A stretch of DNA of 64,000 nucleotides from the human T2T-CHM13v2.0 reference genome, Homo sapiens: the NCBI RefSeq assembly GCF_009914755.1, contig NC_060927.1; one strand, 5' to 3'. The notes beneath the pieces were generated by a model, which saw nothing but the letters and a program-made list of their open reading frames with translations, did no database searches and was not told the origin of the DNA. Shown here one piece after another: positions 40,921 through 58,766 of the stretch. Made by a program: the position numbers and the translations under genes. Numbering within the stretch: the stretch's first letter is position 1; each line of letters opens with the position of its first letter.

Positions 40921-42213
40921 GTAAGTGGGCTGGTGGCCTGCCTAGAGTGCCTCACCCATTCAAGTATTTTCCAAGTACCTGTTATGTTGCCTGGCAGCCT
41001 GCCAGATGCTGGAAGGGGCTATGGCTGAACAAGACAACATAGTCTATGACTTCATGAAGCTTCTGTACGTTAGTGGGGAAAATGGAGTGCCAGAGAAGTT
41101 TATCAAAATGGCCACCTACATTTACTGCTCATAGAGGCTAAAGTGTTCCTGAATATGGAATGTTCCCTACTCTTTCTGTTTAAATGAAGTCTCTCTGGTA
41201 GTAAAAAGATTTGAATGTTCAAATATTTTTTTGATCTGTTTTAATTCCAGCAGTTAAACATTCCTTGAGCCTGAGGACCTAAAGTTTCCTCTAAAGCTTG
41301 AAGCTCTTTGGCCTGTCTTCCCTCCTGCAACAAAACATAGGTGATGGGTAGAGGAGATACCCTCCCCTTCTCCACAAAGGCTTGTCCACCTATGTCCTTG
41401 GGGACAAGGGTGACTCTAATCACATTAATTGCTTTTGATGGGCCAGTGGTGGCAAGTCTCATCCCAAATATTTTTATTCTTAGAAGTCTGAATCTCATCA
41501 GCGTGTACCTTCTGCTTCAGGGTTCTAAAAAGACATTTCTAGCCAGCTCAGGAAAATATTACATCTCATAATTTTCCTGGCCAATAACTTTTTTAAAAAG
41601 GGTTACACTGAGTCCTCTTTGGGCCATATCTAAGAACTATTATGTTCCTTCAAGAGCTACACTTTGAGTTCATCAGTATCAAGAAAAGGGTATGAGGAAG
41701 AGCGACTATTCATTCAACATTTACTGAATGCTTTATGCCAGGCAGCATCCTATACTCTAGAGCCACACAAGTAAGAGATTTTGCCTTCAAAGGGAGCTCT
41801 GACATAATTATAAAAAGATGTCAAAATTGTGGTGTGGTAGCTACTACGTGGCTAAGGGATTAAAAAAAATTATGTGGGAATATATGAGGGAAGAGGTTTA
41901 ACATTTGACTTTGACTTTTGTGACAAACCTAAATCTGTTACTAATTCTCAAAAGTATGACAGCAAGATAAGCCTGGACTATCTGGAAGGCAGAGTTGGCA
42001 GCCTCCACCCTAAAAATAAACCTAAAAGTAAGAGGTTTCCTCTGCCTTACTCCATAGGAGGTGGCCACTGTTTTCCATGCAACTGTAGCAAACCTAACTG
42101 CTCAGTGTTCTAGCCCTTAGCTGGTAAGAAAAAAACTGAGAAGGGGGTTGAGGTGGTCCTATGAATAGGTACTGTTCAGGGTGAGGAGGGCCAGCTAAAA
42201 GAGTGGTAGCCAG

Positions 42214-42568
<355 letters not shown>

Positions 42569-42790
42569 CTAGGCAAACAGCCTCTTAATACTTCTGGATT
42601 TTGTGAACAACACTGGACAGTGATTATTTGTAATAATGATACATCGTGAGTAGTTATGAGCCAGTCCTGCTCTAGGTGCTCCTAATAGTCTGTACCTTTC
42701 TGTTTTAGTAGGGAAATGGATGAAGCACTTTAGATTTTCAAGAAAACTGAATGAAATGCATAATTCTCACTTCCTTTTTGCTTCCTAAAG

Positions 42791-42896
42791 ATTTGAATTT
42801 TTTGTTCCCATGGAAGAAGTAAAGAAGAGGTCACTAGATGTTGCAGTGAAAAATAGTAGGCCACTTGGCTCACACAGAAGAAAGGAGTTAGGAAAA
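42791..42896 (+). CDS. ESYT3: ESYT3 exon 21 (C2C)
   Basis: ttcctaaag|A TTT...AAA|gtaagt; FEFFVPMEEVKKRSLDVAVKN...ELGK, 106 nt. Confidence 0.95.
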
Positions 42897-43010
42897 GTAA
42901 GTACAAGAGATATTTGATATACCAAGGAGATTATGATCAATTCGCCTTATCCCAATTTCTTTCCTTAATGCAGTGTTTTGGAGGGGAACTAATTATTTGT
43001 GATTATTTAG

Positions 43011-43060
43011 GTACTGATTGACTTATCAAAAGAAGATCTGATTAAGGGCTTTTCACAATG
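43011..43060 (+). CDS. ESYT3: ESYT3 exon 22
   Basis: tatttag|GTA...TG|gtaagt; VLIDLSKEDLIKGFSQ, 50 nt. Confidence 0.94.
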
Positions 43061-43385
43061 GTAAGTGTGCCCTTTCATTTTATCACTGTTATCCTGCTAT
43101 TCAAGACAGTTTTCCCTTTTCAGTACTGTTTCAGCTCCTTTGGTTATCAAGAAGGGAGGGAGATGAACACCTTTATTTAAGGCTTTACTGCCTGCAGATC
43201 TCACTGATACCCTAAAAGACACCTGTAAACTCTAGCCTTAACCCTGAACCCTGGCTGGCCAACTTACAGAGAGACAGGTTCTGCTGGTCTTACAGAGGCC
43301 CAGGCAGGCAGGACTAGGCAGTTTGTCCTGTTACCACAACACACTGTCATTACTAACGTTAAGTCCAAACGTAACTGTCTTACAG

Positions 43386-43422
43386 GTATGAGCTGACTCC
43401 AAATGGACAGCCCAGAAGCTGA
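43386..43422 (+). CDS. ESYT3: ESYT3 exon 23 coding part (YELTPNGQPRS*)
   Basis: cttacag|G TAT...AGC TGA, followed by two more in-frame TGA. Confidence 0.95.
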
Positions 43423-44958
43423 TGATGAGAATTCTTATCACTCACCTTTATATTAAAATGTATATATATGTATATATTTTTTCCTTTGGATCACTTACAT
43501 CCAATATATGTATATTTTGTCATTTAAATCAGAACAACCACTTGAAATTATATACATACAATTCTTGTGTGGAATTTAACTCCATGACTGAATAGCATAA
43601 GGAAGAGGTTATTTAAAAGCAAGAACTACTTTTTTTGGTTGGATTTTTTTGTTCAAGTCCAGAAAGAAATGTTATATTTGTGCCTACTAAATTATCCAAA
43701 CCTCAGTGTTTATATACTTAAACAAGTGCCACTTTTTAGTAGGTAATTATATACCATCTGATTTAGGACTTACCTGAATGTATGTACCAGAAAGTGTCCT
43801 GCCTCTGGCATAGGGGCTGGGGGAGGTCTGTTTCTGGAGCCACTACCAGCATTCCTGGGCAGTGACTGGCCAAAGGGAAGTCACTTTTTTATGGAAATAG
43901 AAAGTGACCCAACTCAAAACTGCCAAGAGCTAACACTGCCAAAGCCCTTCTGGCTGCCACCTGTGGTACTTGTATGCCTGGATATTTGTTCTTTTATTTG
44001 ACCTGGAGCTAAAAATGTATTTCCCTACTGGCAAAAATGTTATACTGATATACTTAAATACCTTGAGTTAAATACTCTTGTGTAGTCTAAGGGCCAAACT
44101 CCAGCGTGTAGCATTATTTCCATAGGAAAATGCAAACCAAGTTCCAAGCCCAGGTCTATGTCTGACTCTCATAGCAAAGCACTGGAGACTGCTGAAGAGT
44201 GTCACCATCAGAGAAAAGGAAGCTTTCAGATAAGTTTAGGCTATTCAACTTTTCTAAAGAGATGGTTGGTTCACCTAAATAACATGTTAAAAGCAAAGTA
44301 TTAAATTATATGCTTAAACAAGCGCCTCTTTTACATTTCAGACTTTACAAGACCAAATATACTTCTCATCCCCTCCAACATTCCTGGACCTCCTCTTCTC
44401 TCTTACCAACACCAACACTACCTGCCGTCAGTTTTCTGTCTCTGCCTCTGCCTTCACTGCCACTTTTCTGAAGCAGGGCAACATTCGAGAACAAAGTTTT
44501 GTCATGTTACTCTTATTCCAGTTTCCTGCCATCTGATTCACATGCAGATGTTCTATTCCAGAGTAGTCCAAATACTATGCTCTGCTGACTCAAGTCATGT
44601 CTCAAACCTATTTCCTCTATTAAGTAAGTCAGTCAATCCATAGTGAAATGGACTCTTCCTACCGCCTGTAGCATTTACTGTTGATACTGAGTATTTTCCA
44701 TTTTAATAGTTCCCAGCCTTTATAACACTAAGTTTTAAGAAATGTTGATTAGGCATCTGCTAAGGTTACATGCTAAGCAGCTACTTATATTGTATTTGGT
44801 ATTTAATTTTGTTTATTCTCCAGTTGAACAGTAGGGAACAATTCAAGCTACTTGAATTGTTTTTCACCCTCACCATCCAAGACCGTGTTAAGTACATAGA
44901 AGATGCATGGTGAAATTCGTTTCTGCTGAGGTTTCTATTTTAAATGGCAAATTCTCAT

Positions 44959-44964
44959 AATAAA
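44959..44964 (+). terminator. ESYT3: Candidate ESYT3 poly(A) signal AATAAA (a proximal ATTAAA lies at 43452-43457)
   Basis: First canonical AATAAA I found after the stop codon, giving a ~1.55 kb 3' UTR; usage not verifiable from sequence. Confidence 0.55.
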
Positions 44965-46539
44965 ATGGAGCATTGATGCCTACCCTGTCTACCTTATGAT
45001 GGCATTCTAATTGCCCCCTAAATAGACAAGTGCCTTGAAAATGGAGAAGCACCAGAGAAATAAGGGAATGTATCATATGTACATCGAAACATTAGCAACC
45101 CTAAAACAGCTAATCAAAATGGCAGATAAGTGAAAACCTACCCCTCTTCTTCCAAACTTAAACCACAAACATTTATTTTAAACGTGGTCAATTGAACCGT
45201 TTTTACCTGTGTCAGGCAACACAGGTAAATACCTGGTGATGGTCTGAAGAGGAGTTAAAATGTTGAAGGGAACCAGAATTTTAGTACACAGCAGACAGGA
45301 GGCAAGGTTATATAGGCGCTGTGTGAGGGGCAGGGAGCCTGAAAAGTTGTTAATACCTTGGCTGCCACTGAGGACAAGAATTGGTTTTCAGCAGTGGGTG
45401 GAAACAATCAGCTAATATGCAGGAGCATAGGGTCTGAAGTTAACATCATCTTGGTACAGAAACCCCCAAACCTAAGACGGAATGTGAATATTGGTTTAGA
45501 ACCTGGAAGCCTGTGAAGCCTTGATGGAGGCAACCATAAAATTGGCCCCACAGGGTTGCCACTCCCATCCAGGGCACATATGCGACAACTGCAGCAGATG
45601 GCTGTCACTAAAGGGAAACTCACGGGCAAAAATAAATTATGAAACAAAACAAAAACAGACTTTAAAAAAAATACAAAGTACACAGGAATATCAAACTGAA
45701 AAATAGCCATAGATAATATTTCAGCCAGAAGGAAAATGTACCAGTAAGGCAGAAATAGCATGTGAGAAGCAGTGGAAAGCAAAGAAATCCATAAAATACA
45801 TTGGCAAACCTAAGCAAGTTTTGATGATGATTGTTCACAAGATATAAACAAATAACCAAAGATTTTTGCAAGGGTTCAGAAACATAGTAGAACTAAAATG
45901 TTAGTACTAACAACTAAGAAGGGGCAGCTAGGCTGATTAAGAAAGTAAGTATTCAAGACCATATCTTATTTAGGAAGCTAAAGATACTCATCTTAAAAAT
46001 ATAACTGTGTCAGTCACTAATTCATTACCTCTCAGCTTCAAATTGACGTCTGTCTCCTTTGCTGCTTTCCCGGCAGGCTGATGTTTGGCTTTGCCAATAG
46101 GGGGCGATGGAAGGACACTCTATAGCAGGAAGAAGGGGCTTTTCTTCTGATGTTTTCCATGGCTGCTAGCTAATTGGCATACAGAGCTGTTCTCAATCAC
46201 CTAAGTACCCCCACAGTTTACCCTTGGCTCATGGCCTTCATGTTTTATCAGCAGGCAACACCTTTTGGCAAGTTTCTTAGCCACAAGTGGGTTGCATGGT
46301 CCTATGGCTGCCAGCGGAAATCTAAATCTCAGCCTGGTAGGGAGGCACTTAGTTTCTAACTTCCTTTCTTGTTCACTCTCCCTTACCCCTGGGGGTAAGG
46401 ATCTGCATCCTGAAGTTGATATTCTGTATCCCCTAGAGTCCACTTCTACCCCGTTTAGTAGTAAATACAAGAATTGCTAACTAGTAAAAGGTGGTTAAGT
46501 TTTTCATGTTTGGTTACCTGTGCAATGTGGTTTCTGTCT

Positions 46540-49680
<3,141 letters not shown>

Positions 49681-51038
49681 TTACATTTTAAATATTGTTA
49701 ATAACTGCACTATTCTTATTTATATTTTTAATAATAAAAATTGGATAAAAGTGGATCCGATAGGGAAAGCCTAAAGCTATTTCTATTAGTGGCACTATCC
49801 TTCTCAGTGGCCCTTGAGGCACCTTCAATAAAGCCCTAGCCCTCTGAAGAAGAGTTTGAAAATTTCTGTTTTAAACTAAGTCTTAACCACAGGCTCTTAA
49901 GCCAGCTGACAAAATTTATATTAATTTTTAAATTACATTTCTTTCCAAATAGTCTCACAGCAATTTCCTGTAATAATTTTTTTGGAGATACATGCAAACT
50001 TTGATACTGCCAATAATTTTTAATTTTCAATTTTTGTGGGTACATAGGTATATATATTTATGGAGTACATGAGATATTTTTATACAGGTCTGCAATGTGT
50101 AACAATCACATCATGGAAAATGGGGGTAGCCATCTCCTCAAGCATTTATCCTTTGTTTTACAAACAATCGAATTATACTTTATTATATTAAAATGTACAA
50201 CTGAATTATTTTGACTATAGTCACCCTGTTGGGCTATCAAACAGTAGGTCTTATTCATTCTATTTTTTTAATACCCATTAACCATCCCCACCTCCCCTCC
50301 ACCCTCACCCCCACTATCCTTTCCAGCCTCTGGTAACCATCCATTAATTTAATCATTTTGATTTTGGATCCTACTAATAAATGAGAACATGTGATGTTTG
50401 TCTTTCTGTGCCTGACTTGTTTCACTTAACATAATGATCTTCGAGTTCCATCCATGTTGCAAATGACAAGATCTCATTCTCTTTAAGGCTGAATAGTATT
50501 CCATTGTGTATGAGTACCACATTTTCTTTATCTACTCATCTGTTGATGGATACTTAAGTTGTTTCCAAATATTGGCTATTGTGGACAAACATGGGAGTGC
50601 AGGTTATCTCTTTGATATACTGATTTCCTTTCTTTTGGGTAGATATGTAGCAGTGGGATTGCTGGATCTTACAGCAGCTCTATTTTCAGTTTCTTGAGGA
50701 ACCTCTAAACTGTTCTCCATAGTGGTTGTACTAATTTAAATTTCCACCAGCAGTGTACAAGGGTTCTCTTTTCTCCACATCCTCACCAGCATTTAATATT
50801 GCCTGTCTTTTGGATAAAATCCATTCTAACTAGGGTAAGATGATATCTCATTGTAGTTTTGATCTGCATTTCTCTGATGATCAATGATGTTGAGCACATT
50901 TTCATATGCCTGTTTGCCATTTATCACTTCTTTTTTGACAAATGTCTATTCAAATCCTTTGCCCATTAATTGGATTAGATTTTCTTCCTATAGAGGTGTT
51001 TGGACATACAGCTTATATATTCTGGTTATTAATCCCTT

Positions 51039-52660
51039 TGAGAGGTGACAGCATGCTGGCAGTCCTCACAGCCCTCGCTCGCTCTCAGCGCCTCCTCTGC
51101 CTGGGCTCCCACTTTGGCAGCACTTGAGGAGCCCTTCGGCCCACCACTGCACTGTGGGAGCCCCTTTCAGGGCTGGCCAAGGCCGGAGCCGGCTCCCTCA
51201 GCTTGCAGAGAGGTGTGGAGGGAGAGGCGCGAGCAGGAACTGGGCCGGTGCTTGCGGGCCAGCTGGAGTTCTGGGTGGGTGTGGGCTTGGCGGGCCCCAC
51301 ACTCGGAGCAGCCGGCCGGCCCTGCCAGCCCCAGGTAATGACGGGCTTAGCACCTGGGCCAGTGGCTGCAGAGGGTATACTGGGTCCCCCTGCAGTGCCA
51401 GCCCACCGGCGCTGCACTCAATTTCTCACCAGGCCTTAGCTGCCTTCCCACAGGGCAGGGCTCGGGACCTGCAGCCCACCATGCCTGAGCCTCCCACCCC
51501 CTCCATGGGCTCCTGTGTGGCCCGAGCCTCCCCGACGAGCGCCGCCCCCTGCTCCACAGCACCCAGTCCCATCGACCACCCAAGGGCTGAGGAGTGCAGG
51601 CACACGGCGTGGGACTGGCAGGCAGCTCCACCTGCAGCCCTGGTGTGGGACCCACTGGGTGAAGCCAGCTGTGCTCCTGAGTCTGGTGGGGCCTTAGAGA
51701 AGCTTTATGTCTAGCTCAAGGATTGTAAATACACCAATCGCACTCTGTATCTAGCTCAAGGTTTGTAAACACACCAATCAGCACCCTGTTGTCTAGCTCA
51801 GGGATTGTAAATACATCAATCAGCACACTGTGTCTAGCTCAGGGTTTGTGAATGCACCAATTGACACTGTATCTAGCTACTCTGGTGGGGCCTTGGAGAA
51901 CCTTTATGTCTAGCTCAGGGATTGTAAATACACCAATTGGCACTCTGTATCTAGCTCAAGGTTTGTAAACACACCAATCAGCAGCCTGTGTCTAGCTCAG
52001 GGTTTGTGAATGCACCAATTGACACTCTGTATCTAGTTACTCTGGTGGGGCCTTGGAGAACCTTTGTGTCGACACTCTGTATCTAGCTAATCTGGAGGGG
52101 ATGTGGAGAAACTTTGTGTCTAGCTCAGGGATTGTAAACGCACCAATCAGCGCCCTGTCAAAACAGACCACTCAGCTCTACCAATCAGCAGGATGTGGGT
52201 GGGGCCAGATAAGAGAATAAAAGCAGGCTGCCTGAGCCAGCAGTGGCAACCGGCTCGGGTCCCCTTCCACACTGTGGAAGCTTTGTTCTTTTGCTCTTTG
52301 CAATAAATCTTGCTACTACTCACTCTTTGGGTCCACACTGCTTTTATGAGCTGTAACACTCACTGCGAAGGTCTGCAGCTTCACTCCTGAAGCCAGCGAG
52401 ACCACGAGCCCACCGGGAGGAACGAACAACTCTAGACGTGCCGCCTTAAGAGCTGTAACACTCACCGCAAAGGTCTGCAGTTTCACTCCTGAGCCAGCGA
52501 GACCACGAACCCACCAGAAGGAAGAAACTCTGAACATATCCGAACATCAGAAGGAACAAACTCCAGACACGCCACCTTAAGAGCTGTAACACTCACCGTG
52601 AAGGTCCGCGGCTTCATTCTTGAAGTCAGTGAGACCAAGAACCCACCAATTCCGGACACA
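51039..52660 (+). mobile_element. LTR12C (ERV9) solo LTR
   Basis: Starts tgagaggtgacagc, ends ccaattccggacaca, 4-bp TSD cctt, tandem CCAAT/tctagctc repeats. Confidence 0.95.
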
Positions 52661-52677
52661 CCTTGTCAGATGGGTAG

Positions 52678-53847
52678 TACTGGGGGAACCCACCCCCAAT
52701 ATTTCAATGTAGGTTCTATTTTCCCTAAGTGTTGGCCGGCTGAGAAAGAGTACAAAGAGAGGAATTTTACAGCTGGGCCTCCGAGGGTGACATCACATAT
52801 CAGTAGGTCCGTGATGCCCACCTAAGCCTTAAAGCCAGCAAGTTTTATTAAGGATTTCAAAAGGGGAGGGGGTGCAAGAACAGGGAGTAGGTCACAAAGA
52901 TCACATGCTTCAGAGGGCAAAAAGGAAAACAAAGATCACATGCTTCTAAGGACAAAATCAAAAACTCCTGATAAGGGTCCAACAAAGATCACAAGACAAA
53001 GGGCAAAAGCAAAGATCACAAGGCAAAGGGCAAAAACAAAGATCATAAGACAAAGGGCAAAAACAAAGATCACAAGACAAAGGGCAAAAACAAAGATCAC
53101 AAGGCAAAGGGCAAAAACAAAGATCACAAGGCAAAGGGCAAAAGCAGAATTACTGATAAACGTCTATGTTCAGCGGTGCACATATTGTCTTGATAAACAT
53201 CTTAAACAACAGAAAGCAGGGTTCGAGAGCAGAGAACTGGTCTGACCTCAAATTTACCAGGGCAGGGGTTTTCCCCACCCTAGTAAGCCTGAGGGTACTG
53301 CAGGAGACCAAGGCGTAGTTCAGTCCTTATCTCAACTGCATAAGACAGACATTCCCAGAGCGGCCATTTATAGACCTCCCCCCAGGAATGCATTCCTTCC
53401 CCAGGGTATTAATTATCAATATTCCTTGCTAGGAAAAGAATTTAGTGGTATCTTCCCTACTTGCACGTCCGTTTATAGGCTCTCTGCAAGAAGAAAAATA
53501 TGGCTCTATTTTGCCCAACCCTGCAGGCAGTCTGACCTTATGGTTGTCTTCCCTTGTTCCCTGATAATCGCTGTTATTGTTCTTTTTCAAGGTGCACTGA
53601 TTTCATATTGTTCAAACACACGTTTTACAATCAATTTGTACAGTTAACACAGTTATCACTGTGGCCCTGAGGTGACGTACATCCTCAGCTTACAAAGATA
53701 ACAGGATTAAGAGATTAAAGACAGGTGTAAGAAATTATGAAAGTATTATTTGAGAACTGGTAAATGTCCATGAAATCTTCACAATTTATATCCTCTGCTG
53801 CGGCTCCAGCCATTCCCTCCATTCAGGGTCCCTGACTTCCCACAACA
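52678..53847 (-). mobile_element. MER11 (HERV-K HML-8) solo LTR
   Basis: Minus strand begins tgttgtgggaagtcagggaccc; 6-bp TSD gggtag at 52672-52677 and 53848-53853. Confidence 0.92.
52982..53143. repeat. 27-bp tandem repeat x6 within MER11
   Basis: acaaagatcacaagrcaaagggcaaaa units; appears as TKITRQRAK repeats in the ORF track. Confidence 0.93.
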
Positions 53848-54777
53848 GGGTAGTTTGCAAATATTTTCTCCCATTTTGTGCGTTGTTTTTTCACTTTGTT
53901 GACTGTATCCTTTGCTGTGGAGCAGCTTTTTAACTTGATGTGACCTCATTTGTCCATGTTTGCTTTGGTTGCTTCTGCTTGTGGGATATTACTCAAGAAA
54001 TCTTTGTCCAGGCTAATGTATTAGAGATTTTCCCCAATGTTTTCTTGTAGTAGTTTCATAGTTTTGACGTCTTAGATTTGCCTTTAATTCGTCTTTATTT
54101 CATTTCTGTATAAGGTGAGAGTTTGGGGCTTATTTTCCTTCTTTTGCATATGGATATCCAGTTTTCTGAGCACCATTTATTGAAGAGACTGTTTTTTCCC
54201 AGTGTGTCTTCTTGGCACCCTTATCAAAAATGAGTTCACTGTAGGTGTGTGGATTTGTTTTTGTGATCTCTATTCTGTGCCATTGGTCTATGTGTCTGCT
54301 TTTATGCCAGTACCATGCTGTTTTGGTTACTATAGCTCTGTAGCATAATTTGAAGTAAGGAAGTGTGATTCTTTCAGTTTTGTTCTTTCTGCTCAGGATA
54401 GCTTTGGCTATTCTGGGTCTTCTATGGTTCCATAATACATTTTAGCATTGTTTTTTCTATTTCTGTGAAGAATGTCACTGGTATTTTGATAGGGATTGCA
54501 CTGAGTCTGTAGATTGCTTTGGGTAGTATGGATATTTTAACAATATTAATTGTTCCAATCCATGAACACGGAATATCTTTCCATTTTCTGGTATCCTTTT
54601 CAATTTCTGTCATCAGTGTTTTATAGTTTTCATTGTAGAGATGTTTCACATCTTTGGTTCAGTTAATCCCTATTTAATTGTATTTGTGACTCTTGTAAAT
54701 GGGATTTACAAGAGTAAATTTCCAATTTCTTTTTCAGATTGTTTAGTGTTGGCATATAGAAAGTCTACTTATTTTTT

Positions 54778-55411
<634 letters not shown>

Positions 55412-56019
55412 GATCTACTTATTTTTGTATGTTGATTTTTTATCCTGCAATTTTACTGAATGTGTGGGTTCTAGTTTTTTGATGGAGTCTTTAGGTTTTT
55501 CCAAATATCATATTCATCTGCAAATAAGGATAATTTGACTTCTTCCTTTCCAATTTGGATGCTCTTTCTTTCTTGTCTAATTGCTCTAGCTGGGACTTCT
55601 ACTACTATTTTGAAAAACAGCGGGCAACCTTGTTGTGTTCCAGATCTTAGAGAAATGGCTTTCAGTTTTTCCCCTTTCAGTATGATACTAGCTGTGAGTT
55701 TGTCATATATGGCTTTTATTATGTTGAGGTATGTTCCTTCTACACGCAATGTTTTGAGGGTTTTCTTTTTAATCATGCAGGGATTTTGAACTTTATCAAA
55801 TGCTTCTTCAGTATCAATTGAAATGATCATATGGTTTTTGCCCTTCATTCTGTTGCTATGATGTATCACATTGATTGATTTGCTTATGTTGAATCTTCCT
55901 TGCATCCCTGGGATAAATCCTACTTCATCATGATGAATGATCTTTTTAATCTGTTGTTTAGTTTGCTAGATATTGTTGAGGATTTTTCCATCAATATTCA
56001 TCAGAGATACTGGCCTGTA

Positions 56020-56234
56020 GTTTTTTTTTTTTTTTTTTTTTGCCACCTAAGCCTCCCGAGTAGCTGGGCCTACAGGTGCACACCACCATGCCTGGCTAAT
56101 TTTTGCATTTTTTGTAGAGACAGGGTTTCCCCATGATGGCCAGACTAGTCTCAAACTCCTGACTTCAAGTGATCCACCTGCCTCAGCCTCCCAAAGTGCT
56201 GGGATTACAGGTGTGAAGCCACCACACCTGGCCT
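56020..56234 (-). mobile_element. Partial antisense Alu
   Basis: Poly(T) joined to mid right arm; ggcctgtagtttt / ggcctagtttt flanks. Confidence 0.85.
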
Positions 56235-56823
56235 AGTTTTCTTTTGATGTGTCTTTGGTTTTGCTATCAGGGTAATACTGGCCTCACAGAATGAGGTTGG
56301 AAGTATTCCCTTCTCCTCCATTCTTCAGAATAATTTGAGTAGAATTAGTATTAGTTCTTCTTTAAATGTTTGGTAGAATTCAGCAGTGAAGCCATTGGTT
56401 CTCAGGCTTTACTGGGAGACTTATTACAGCTCAGATCTCATTACTTGTACTGGTTTGTTCAGGTTTTGGATTTCATGTTCATGGGTCAATCTTGGCAGGT
56501 TTTATGGGTCTAGGAATTTATCCATTTCCTCTAGATTTTCCAATTTATTGGCATATAGTTGTTCACAGTAGCCACTAATAATCCTTTAAATTTCTGCAGT
56601 ATCAGTTGTAATGTCTTTTATCATCTCTGATTTTATTTGAGTCTTCCTTTGTTAGTCTGACTAAAGGTTTTGTCAATTTTCTTTGTTTTCAAAAAACCAA
56701 CTTTTGTTTCATTGATTTTTTGTATTGTTTTCTTCATTTCTAATTCATATATTCCTGTGTTTATCTTTATTATTTTTCTACAAATTTTGGGCTCAGTTTG
56801 CTCTTGCTCTTCTAGTTCTTTAA

Positions 56824-57332
<509 letters not shown>

Positions 57333-58540
57333 TGAAGATGCATCATTAGGTTATTTGAAGTTTTTCTTATTTTTTGATGTAGGCATGTATAGCTATAAAT
57401 TCCTATCATACATACTACTGTTTTTGCTGTATCTCATAGGTTTTGAGATGTGTTTCAAGAAAATTTTCAATTTCCTTCTTAGTTTCTTCATTCACCCACT
57501 GGTCATTCAGGGACATACTGTTTAATGTCTATGTGTTTGTATAGTTTCCAAGATTCCTATTGATTTCTACTTTTAATCCATTGTGGTCAGAGAAGATGCT
57601 TGTTATTATTTCAATGTTTTGAATGTTTTAAGACTTGTTTTGTGACATAACATATGCTCTATCCTTGATAATGATTCATGTGCTGAGGAGAATAATTTTC
57701 AGTATTCCTCAGCCTTTGGATGAAATGTTTGGTAAATATCTATTAGATTCATTTGTCCCACAGTGCAGATTAAATCTGATGTTTCTTTGTTGAGTTTCTG
57801 CCTGGAAGATCTGTCTGATGCTGAAAGTGGTGTGGTGAAGATGCCAGCTGTTATTGTATTGGGATCTCTCTCTTTAGCTCTAATAATATTTAGTTTACAT
57901 ATCTGCATGCTCCAGTATTAGCATAAGTATTTATAAGCCTATCGTGTTGCTGGATTGACCCCTTTATCATTATATAATGACCTTTTTGTCTCTTACAGTG
58001 TTTGCCTTGAAATCTATTTTGTCTAATATAATTATAGCTACTCCTGCTTTATTTGTTTCTAATAGCATGGAATATCTTTTTCTATCCCTTTGTTTTCAGT
58101 CTATATGCATCTTTATAGGCTAAATGTGTTTCTTGCAAGCAATAGATCATTGGGTCTTGTTTCTTCATCCATTCAGCCACTCTTTGTATTTTGATTGTAG
58201 AGTTTAGTCCATTTACCTTCAATGTTATTACTGATAAGTAGGGACTTACTCCTGCCATTTTGTTGTTTTCTGGTTGTTTTGTAGTCTTCTTTTCCCTCTT
58301 TCCTGCCTCCCTGTCTTTCTTTTAGTGAAGGTGGTTTTCTCTGGTGGTATGATTTAATTTCTTGTTTTTTATATTTTTTTAATCCATTGTATATTTTTAG
58401 ATTTGAGGTTACTGAAAGGCTTACTGCAAGTTATAATTCATTATTTTAAACTGATGACAACACTGATTGCATAAACAAGCAAAAATAAAATAAAAACTCT
58501 ACTGTTGATCTCTCCCAGCCACCCCCCACCGCCACCCTGC

Positions 58541-58766
58541 CCCACCATGGCCACCACCAATGGGACTGCATTGGATTAGATCTGAAGCCAGCACAGCACT
58601 GGGTCTTGCCCAAGGCCTGCTGTAACCACTACTTGACCACCACCTACCTCTCTCTCTCTCCCACTATGGCCACCACCACTGGGACTGCATTGGATCAGAC
58701 CTGAAGCCAGCATAGCACTTGGTCTTGCCCACGGCCCACCATAACCACTACTTGACCACCACCTAC
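58541..58766. repeat. Tandem duplication (~107-bp copies, 119-bp period) in the L1 5' region
   Basis: ccac(c/t)atggccaccacca(a/c)tgggactgcattggat...aaccactacttgaccaccacctac occurs twice. Confidence 0.9.

Noticed and set aside
42974-43021. Upstream alternative acceptor for exon 22 (ttccttaatgcag) giving a frameshifted, NMD-escaping C-terminus
   Set aside because: Branch-point motif actaat (~42988-42993) lies downstream of it and fits the canonical acceptor; nothing in the sequence indicates use.
51710-52190. Regularly spaced repeats resembling a CRISPR-like array
   Set aside because: Standard LTR12 U3 CCAAT/GATA tandem repeats with no unique spacers; eukaryotic DNA.
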